From a bacterium (GTDB taxonomy: Bacteria > UBA8248): 64,000 nucleotides of DNA. A model generated the notes under the pieces. It was not told the origin of the DNA. It ran no database searches and was given only the letters and a program-made list of their open reading frames with translations. Below, piece by piece: positions 57,765 through 64,000 of the stretch; position 1 is the first letter of the stretch, and every line of letters begins with the position of its first letter. The translations under genes and the position numbers were made by a program. The stretch lies in assembly GCA_965204535.1 (NCBI GenBank), contig OZ241996.1, positions 1,184,001-1,248,000 of the forward strand, given 5' to 3'.

Positions 57765-58448
57765 ATGTTCGAAATCCAAAACCTCACGGCCCGCTACGGG
57801 CCGCTTGTCGCCGTGAACGACGTGTCGCTGTCTTTCGAGACCGGTGTGCGGATGGGAATTTTCGGCCATAACGGTTCAGGCAAGTCGACGCTTCTCAAAT
57901 GCCTGGTCGGCGGCGTCAGGGATGTTTCCGGCGCCGTGGCTTTTGATGGTTCGCCGATTGTCGCCGATCAGGTTCACCGCAACGTCATGCTGGGAATCGG
58001 CTTCGTGCCGCAGGTACAGAACGTTTTTCCGAACCTCACGGTCGAGCAGAATCTCCACATTGCGGGTTCGAAATCAGCCTCCTCGTTTCTCGAGGAGGCC
58101 TATGCCCTTTTCCCGCTGCTGCGGGAACGCCAGGACCAGCTCGCAGGCGACATGAGTGGTGGAGAGCAGCAGATGCTCGCGGTCTCGCTGGCCTTGATGA
58201 CGCGGCCGCAAGTCCTTCTGCTCGACGAGCCGACGGCAGGCCTCGCTCCGGCAATCGTGAAGAACGTGCTGGGCTCGCTCTCGCGCATCAACACGGAACT
58301 CGGTACCGGGCTGATCCTCGTCGAGCAGAACGTGCTTGCCGCCCTGGATGTCGTCGAGCGCGCCATCGTGCTCAAGGGCGGGCGCGTGGTGTTTGACGGC
58401 GCGAGCGAAGAGTTGCGCGCAAAGGAAGATTTGTGGGCCTGGTTCTGA
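57765..58448 (+). CDS. LivF-like ABC ATPase
   Basis: GHNGSGKST, MSGGEQQML, LLLDEP..GLAP, VEQN. Confidence 0.9.
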   Translation: MFEIQNLTARYGPLVAVNDVSLSFETGVRMGIFGHNGSGKSTLLKCLVGGVRDVSGAVAFDGSPIVADQVHRNVMLGIGFVPQVQNVFPNLTVEQNLHIAGSKSASSFLEEAYALFPLLRERQDQLAGDMSGGEQQMLAVSLALMTRPQVLLLDEPTAGLAPAIVKNVLGSLSRINTELGTGLILVEQNVLAALDVVERAIVLKGGRVVFDGASEELRAKEDLWAWF

Positions 58449-58477
58449 CTCCGTAAATCGTCGGTGCGATTGCTTTT

Positions 58478-59848
58478 TTATTTTACCCCGATGGCGTCAA
58501 TCTGGACCAGCGCTTCCGCGACCGGGCCGGGGCCATGCACGATCACGCATTCGAACGCGGGCAGATCCTCGTCGATGAAAGTTTCGCGAACCGCCTCGTA
58601 GACCGCCAGGTCCGCCGGGTCGGAGAGATACACCCTTGTCATGGCGATGTCCGCCAGTTCCATGCCCGCACCTGAAGCGCTTGCGCGCAACTGCTCCCAC
58701 GCCATCCAGCATTGCGCGGCGAGCTCCGGCCGCCGCTCTGTTTCTTCCATAGGCAACACGGCGCGCCGACCCGCCTCGGGAAGGGCGTCCGTGCTCCGGA
58801 CGATCGCTCCTGCCTCGTTGACGCCCACCATGCCCGAGAAGTAAACAACCGGCCCCGCCTGCGTGACGGCGGGTGCCGCGAAGGGCGCTGTCCCCGGCCA
58901 GGGGAACGATTGGCGGACGAGTCCGCTGCGCCGGTCCAGGGCGGTAATTTCGATCTCGATGCGCGTGCCGCGGTGACCCACCTCGTCAAATCCCACGACG
59001 CAAAGCGATGGCTGTACCTCCGGAAAGAAATGGTTGTGCACCCGATGGAACGTGGAGAAATCGCGCAGGTCGCTCAGGAAAATTGACACGTTCACGACAT
59101 CTTCCATATCCATGCCGTTGCCTGTCAGCGTACGGCGCAATTCGTTGTAAACGTACCAGGTCTGGGATGCGATCGGACCGTGGCGGCTATCGGGATGGCT
59201 GCGCCCCGTCGAGAGGAAACGACCTTCCTCCGGCACGTCGTCATAAGAGTTGACCAGCGGCTTTCCGGGTTCTGCCGTCTTGATCGGGATGTGCCCGGCG
59301 AAGAAGGCGAACGGGCCCGAGCGTATTGCCTGGCAGTAATGTGAGGCCGCAGGCAGGTCGGCGTCGTAGACGTCGGTCATCACCTGGCGCTCGCCGAACA
59401 CGCCGCCGGCTTCCGTGCAGGCGGCGATGGCGTCGACCCCGATCCAGTGTCTGCCGCGTCCGATCACGTCCGTAACCCCCAGTCCGCTGCTGGGAGCGGG
59501 CGTCGGCTGCCAATGCACCCGGACGTGTTCGTAGCTGGGGAAATAACGCTTGTCGCGCTGCCAGATGTGCTGGCGCAGCACCTGATCGGAGGGCGTTCCC
59601 GCCGCATGGAGAACTTTTTCGAGGCTGTCGTGTACCGCCCAGGAGTCGGCGACAACCCTGCCCTCGGTGAGGTCTGCGAGCGGATAGCCCTGCATTTGCG
59701 CGCGTCCCGCCTCGGGCAGGTCCGCGAACCCCGCCGGACCGTCGGGCCTTAAGCCTGAGACGAACAAAAGTTCGCCGGCCTTGACCGCCACCGGGTAGGG
59801 CGGGAAAGCGGGGCTGACATCCTCACAAACGATAGGAGTCTTCTTCAT
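58478..59848 (-). CDS. Protein of three tandem RidA/YjgF-like domains
   Basis: Three repeats of G..(F)SG/AG ... V..(V/I)(F/Y)L.D ... (V/I)(D/E)(A/I); ggagg RBS before ATG 59848. Confidence 0.78.
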   Translation of the reverse strand: MKKTPIVCEDVSPAFPPYPVAVKAGELLFVSGLRPDGPAGFADLPEAGRAQMQGYPLADLTEGRVVADSWAVHDSLEKVLHAAGTPSDQVLRQHIWQRDKRYFPSYEHVRVHWQPTPAPSSGLGVTDVIGRGRHWIGVDAIAACTEAGGVFGERQVMTDVYDADLPAASHYCQAIRSGPFAFFAGHIPIKTAEPGKPLVNSYDDVPEEGRFLSTGRSHPDSRHGPIASQTWYVYNELRRTLTGNGMDMEDVVNVSIFLSDLRDFSTFHRVHNHFFPEVQPSLCVVGFDEVGHRGTRIEIEITALDRRSGLVRQSFPWPGTAPFAAPAVTQAGPVVYFSGMVGVNEAGAIVRSTDALPEAGRRAVLPMEETERRPELAAQCWMAWEQLRASASGAGMELADIAMTRVYLSDPADLAVYEAVRETFIDEDLPAFECVIVHGPGPVAEALVQIDAIGVK

Positions 59849-59933
59849 CGCTCGATAAACCTCCGTGGGTCGGCAAATCGTGCCGCCATGGTTCGAGGCA
59901 AGGATTTCTCCATTGCCCGGTGATTTGAATCGG

Positions 59934-60695
59934 CTACATCGCCAAAGTGCCGCCGTCACACGATATGAAGGCGCCGTTCATGAAATCATTCTCGTCCGAG
60001 GCCATGAAGAGCGAGACCTCCGCCATCTCCTCGGGAGTCGCAAAGCGGTTCACGGGTATCCGGGGCAGTTTCGCTCTGGCGCGCTCCGGGTCGTTGACGT
60101 GAATCTCTTTCACGCGTTCGCTCTCGGTGGTGCCCGGCATGAGGCAGTTGACGCGCAGCCCCAGAGGGCCGAGTTCCACGGCCAGGGCGCGCGTCAGGTT
60201 GTGCATGGAGGTCTTCGTGGCGCAATAGAGGGCGTTGCCGGGGACTCCGCGTTCGCCGTCGATGGAGCCGATCATCAGTATCTTTCCCTTGCCCTGGGGC
60301 GCCATGAGCCTGGCCGCCTCGCGCGTGGCGATGAACACGGATTTCGCATTCACCTCATACAACTCGTCGATCTGCTCGTCTGTGAACTCCAAAAAACTCT
60401 TGTGCGCCCGCATGGCGGCGCAGTTCACCATGATGTCGAGACCGCCGAGGAACTGCGCGCCGTCACTCATCACGTCGTTCGCTTTGCGCGCATCCCTCAG
60501 GTCGTAGCATCGTCCATCGATTTTAACGCCTCCCGCGCTGCAATCGGCGATGATTCCGTCGAGGCGCGCCTGGTTGAAACCGCCCGCCGCCCAGATGGAT
60601 GCGCCCTCCGCGCTGAATCTGCGTGTGATGGCCGCGCCGATGCCCGATGAGGCGCCCGTGACGATGACTCTTTTTCCTTCCAGCTTGCCCGGCAT
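59934..60695 (-). CDS. SDR family oxidoreductase
   Basis: TGASSGIG, YCATK, VNCL.PG. Confidence 0.9.
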   Translation of the reverse strand: MPGKLEGKRVIVTGASSGIGAAITRRFSAEGASIWAAGGFNQARLDGIIADCSAGGVKIDGRCYDLRDARKANDVMSDGAQFLGGLDIMVNCAAMRAHKSFLEFTDEQIDELYEVNAKSVFIATREAARLMAPQGKGKILMIGSIDGERGVPGNALYCATKTSMHNLTRALAVELGPLGLRVNCLMPGTTESERVKEIHVNDPERARAKLPRIPVNRFATPEEMAEVSLFMASDENDFMNGAFISCDGGTLAM

Positions 60696-60719
60696 ATCTC
60701 GCTCCTTGACGTGAAAAAA

Positions 60720-61604
60720 CTATTCTTCATCCGGCAGAAGCGCGGATTCTCCCATCGAAAGCGGGTCGCGCGCCGGCCAGCGCCCGGCATCCACCTCGGT
60801 GATGAACTCGAGAACGACCCGGTTAAACATGGCGGGTTCTTCGAGGTTGATGAGATGGCCGGCGTTGGGGAAGGTGACGAGGGCAGCCGTCTGGAGGTTG
60901 CGCTTGATGAACAGCCCGGGTTCCAGACATGGGAAGTCTTCATCTCCCGTGAGAACGAGCGTGGGAACGGAGCAGTTCTTCATCTGCTCTCCGAGTTCGT
61001 AGACTGAGGGTCTTACGCTTTGCACCCCGCGCATCGTGTTGGCGCAGCCCAGAGGGGAATGGCTCATGAAATGGTCGATGAATTTCTGATAGCCGATGGC
61101 GTCTTTTCGTTTGAGTTGCATTCTTGTGGGACCGGCGGTGTAGACCGGGCCGAACTTTTCCATGCTCTCGTTCAGGAACCGGTCGGCCACGGCTTCAGCG
61201 TCTTTTTGGAATCGTTCGCGCTGGTCCATGTCGGAGCCGTAACCGCAGCCTGCCACAACGATGGAGCGGGTAAGTTCCGGATGGCGGAGGCCCAGGTGAA
61301 GGGTTGCATAGCCGCCCATCGAAAGTCCCACGACGTGGGCGGGTGCGAGGCCCATATCCCTGATGAGGCCGGCCAGATCGTTTACGGCGATGTCCTGGCT
61401 GTATTGTGATGCGTCTTCGGGCACCTCGGAGGGCGGGAATCCTCTCGCGTTGTAGGTGATGACCCTGTATCTGCGGTTGAAATAGCGAACCTGATCCTCC
61501 CAACTGCGGCAGTCGCCCGCGAATTCATGAACGAAGACGATGGGCGCGCCCTCGCCGCTGGTTTCGTAATACAGACTGACGCCGTTTGTTCTCACTTCGG
61601 GCAT
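60720..61604 (-). CDS. Alpha/beta hydrolase (enol-lactonase-like)
   Basis: FVHEFAGD, YNARG.PPS, GLSMGG, GDED, GHLINLEEP. Confidence 0.88.
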   Translation of the reverse strand: MPEVRTNGVSLYYETSGEGAPIVFVHEFAGDCRSWEDQVRYFNRRYRVITYNARGFPPSEVPEDASQYSQDIAVNDLAGLIRDMGLAPAHVVGLSMGGYATLHLGLRHPELTRSIVVAGCGYGSDMDQRERFQKDAEAVADRFLNESMEKFGPVYTAGPTRMQLKRKDAIGYQKFIDHFMSHSPLGCANTMRGVQSVRPSVYELGEQMKNCSVPTLVLTGDEDFPCLEPGLFIKRNLQTAALVTFPNAGHLINLEEPAMFNRVVLEFITEVDAGRWPARDPLSMGESALLPDEE

Positions 61605-61910
61605 GGTGTTCTCCTCGCAGGATGACGTGTGGTTATGAAATTCGTTTCTTACGGGAGAATCGGCGAAATGACAACGCGGAAGGGCGAATTCTCACTCATT
61701 TTCAGGCGTCGCGTCCTTATGGAGGGCGTTGTTGAAGATTTGGTAAAGGTTCGTCGTCAGTGAGGTTGATTTCTTTTTGGAGGGCTTGATTTCTGCGTCG
61801 GTCTGGCCCATGATAACCACGATTCACCACAGTGTTCGAGTTTGACAAAAAATTGACTTGGCACATCGCCCAATCACATCAAAATTGAAACTTCGGGATT
61901 CCCTGAAAGA

Positions 61911-63341
61911 TTGTTCAAGAATGGGAGAAAGAACTTGTCTACGGCGCCGGAGAAGCCAAGGCTCGCGATTCACAGAAAATCTGAAAGGAAGTTGCAGTGG
62001 GAGACAATCTTCGTCATCGGGATGATTCACCTGCTCGCCCTGATGGCTTTCGACCTGGATTATTTCAGCGTTTCCGGTCTCGTCGTGGGAATCGTGATGT
62101 ATTTCGTCGCCGGTATGGTGGGCGTAACGATGTCCTACCACAGACTCCTGACGCACAGGAGTTTCCAGACGTATAAGCCGGTGGAGTATTTCCTGACTTT
62201 CTGCGCCTGTCAGGCGCTTCAGAGCGGCCCAATCGAGTGGGTGGCGATGCACCGCATTCACCACAAGGAATCGGACGAGGAGCCGGATCCGCATTCCCCG
62301 CTCGTGAATTTCCTGTGGGCGCACGCCGGATGGCTTTTCGTCAGCCTGCCGGACGCGCACACCTACAATGAGTATTCGCGCTTCGCCAAGGATTTACACC
62401 GCGACAAGTGGCAGCGATTTTTCGACATGTTCTTTTTCCCCATCTATGTCTTGACCGCGGTGGCCATTTACTTCGCCGGGGAGGTGTACGGCGGCCTGGG
62501 CATGTCCTGGCTCGTCTGGGGCGTATTCGTGCGAACGGTCGTTTTGTGGCACTGCACCTGGGCGGTGAATTCGGTGACGCACACCTTCGGCTACCGCAAC
62601 TACAATACGGATGAGGAGAGCACCAACAACTGGCTCGTCGCAATTTTCTCTTTCGGCGAGGGCTGGCACAACAACCACCATGCGGACCAGCGCTCGGCCG
62701 CTCACGGCCAGCGATGGTTCGAGGTGGACATCACCTACCGGCTTATCAAGATCATGGAACTCTTTGGCCTTGTCTGGGGGGTGAGAGAGCCGAGTCAGCG
62801 CATCGTGGCGAAAAGACTCGACATCATGGTGGATGAAGAGGGCTTGCGCGCCTCCGAGGCGAGAAGGTTGGATACAGAGGACGCCCGCGCCGAAGTACTC
62901 CACACGATGACCGACCCCACGATGCCGCTGGAAGTCCCCCGTATGCCCTCGCTGACCGAAGCAAGCGAGGCGGCGATGAAATCGGCCCGAAAGGCCATGG
63001 AGTCGGTCAACACGGCGCTCGCGCACGCCTCTCACGCGCTTCGACACAAAGAGGATAATGCCGACCAGGCCGTTCGCCAGGTGCTGGAAAAGGGCAAGGA
63101 TACGGCGATGGCGGCCATCGAGCAGGCCAAGTACGCCGCGGCGGAAGCCGCGGAGTTCTCCGCACAGGCGAGCGCTTTTCTGGCGGATGCGAAAGACAAG
63201 GCTACGGAATCCGCCCATCAGGCGGCTGAAAGAGCGAAGTCGCTCGCACAGGAAGCAAGCGATGCGGCTTCGAAAGCCGCCGATGAAATTGCAGCCGCGT
63301 TCAAGGGAATCGACAGGCCGGTCATCACTTCCGCGATCTAA
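61911..63341 (+). CDS. Membrane fatty-acid desaturase (Delta-9 OLE1/DesC-like) with Ala-rich C-terminal extension
   Basis: His boxes HRLLTH, HRIHH, HNNHH; DPHSP, NSVTH.FG; about 170-aa helical tail. Confidence 0.9.
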   Translation: MFKNGRKNLSTAPEKPRLAIHRKSERKLQWETIFVIGMIHLLALMAFDLDYFSVSGLVVGIVMYFVAGMVGVTMSYHRLLTHRSFQTYKPVEYFLTFCACQALQSGPIEWVAMHRIHHKESDEEPDPHSPLVNFLWAHAGWLFVSLPDAHTYNEYSRFAKDLHRDKWQRFFDMFFFPIYVLTAVAIYFAGEVYGGLGMSWLVWGVFVRTVVLWHCTWAVNSVTHTFGYRNYNTDEESTNNWLVAIFSFGEGWHNNHHADQRSAAHGQRWFEVDITYRLIKIMELFGLVWGVREPSQRIVAKRLDIMVDEEGLRASEARRLDTEDARAEVLHTMTDPTMPLEVPRMPSLTEASEAAMKSARKAMESVNTALAHASHALRHKEDNADQAVRQVLEKGKDTAMAAIEQAKYAAAEAAEFSAQASAFLADAKDKATESAHQAAERAKSLAQEASDAASKAADEIAAAFKGIDRPVITSAI

Positions 63342-63357
63342 AAACGAATTCTAACAA

Positions 63358-63385
63358 AGCCGGGGCGCATTGCTCCGGCTGTTTT
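63358..63385 (+). terminator. Candidate intrinsic terminator
   Basis: agccggggc-gcatt-gctccggct followed by gtttt. Confidence 0.55.
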
Positions 63386-63520
63386 GCGTCTTTCGGGCCT
63401 TTGGTGAGGAGCAAAATGCTCCCGCCGGAGTTCGGGTGCTGTTCTCGCGGGATTTTCGAGGGGTTGGGCGAGAGAGGAATCGGGTGCCCTTGGAATTTGC
63501 GGCCCGATGCCCGGAGCGCC

Positions 63521-63549
63521 TTGACGCTCCCGCTCCCGGCTCCTAGATT
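63521..63549 (+). promoter_or_regulatory. Candidate sigma70 promoter for ilvC
   Basis: TTGACG-17bp-TAGATT. Confidence 0.5.
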
Positions 63550-63671
63550 ATGGTTTCTTTTTCGGCGGGGTTTCCTTCGAGTAGCCGAATTTTTTCAATA
63601 GGTGGGTTTTTTCGACCCATGTGAATCGTTTTTTGGGTGGCGCGGCGAGGGCTGCGAATCCTGGAGGGCCA

Positions 63672-64000
63672 ATGGCCATGAGTGAAGTGAATGAAGAACA
63701 ATTATTAAAAGACCTGAAAATTTACTATGACGCCGATGCGGACCTGAATCTGCTGCAGAACAGAAAAATCGCCGTCATCGGCTACGGAAGCCAGGGGCGC
63801 GCTCATGCGCTGAATGCGCAGGACAGCGGCGCGGACGTCGTCGTGGGTCTCAGGAAATCCTCCCCGCGCTGGAAACAGGCGGAAGACGACGGCCTCGAGG
63901 TGATGGAGACGGCCGAGGCGGCCCAGGCGGGCGACATGGTGGTCATCCTGACGCAGGATCATCTTCAGCCCGCCATCTGGAATGCGGATATCGAACCCAA
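63672..64000 (+). CDS. ilvC: Ketol-acid reductoisomerase, 5-prime partial (runs off window)
   Basis: KIYYDADADL..L..KIAVIGYGSQG.AHALN..DSG..V.VGLR; ggagg RBS; start 63672 or 63678. Confidence 0.93.
   Translation, partial: MAMSEVNEEQLLKDLKIYYDADADLNLLQNRKIAVIGYGSQGRAHALNAQDSGADVVVGLRKSSPRWKQAEDDGLEVMETAEAAQAGDMVVILTQDHLQPAIWNADIEP

Noticed and set aside
61810-61845. Mini-ORF MITTIHHSVRV as a leader peptide for the desaturase
   Set aside because: No clear RBS, attenuator structure or logical amino-acid link

Overview
High-GC bacterial chromosomal window with about 60 CDS. No rRNA, tRNA or CRISPR array was seen. The split cytochrome b6/subunit IV Rieske complex, octaheme cytochrome and SDR/ABC-rich catabolic content resemble Nitrospinota/Tectomicrobia-type or related lineages; that placement is inference only. 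Left to right: a surface metalloprotease-like lipoprotein; a three-gene lipid-modification operon (CFA-synthase N-domain, geranylgeranyl-reductase-like flavoprotein, CFA-synthase catalytic domain); a MITE, REP elements and an IS1182 inserted in a palindrome; ddl; a HepT/MntA toxin-antitoxin pair; a Rieske/cyt b6/subunit IV operon with unannotated micro-ORFs; a polyferredoxin, rel, nfi and an octaheme cytochrome c. Next come an uncharacterised four-gene operon (ATP-grasp, DUF1611-like P-loop protein, second ATP-grasp-like protein, NTT/HEAT/cNMP membrane protein) divergent from a peptide ABC plus deacetylase operon; a TetR-HtrA-CopA-CopZ operon; DUF3090 and SCO1664-like genes; a SuyAB/Ldh_2/dehydrogenase catabolic cluster; a Liv-type ABC system; a triple-RidA protein; a desaturase with an Ala-rich tail; and the start of ilvC. 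The best candidates for undescribed systems are the ATP-grasp/DUF1611/NTT-HEAT-cNMP operon (22479-30260) and the split CFA synthase with an interposed reductase (2413-4815). All family calls come from motifs recognised by eye, not from database searches.
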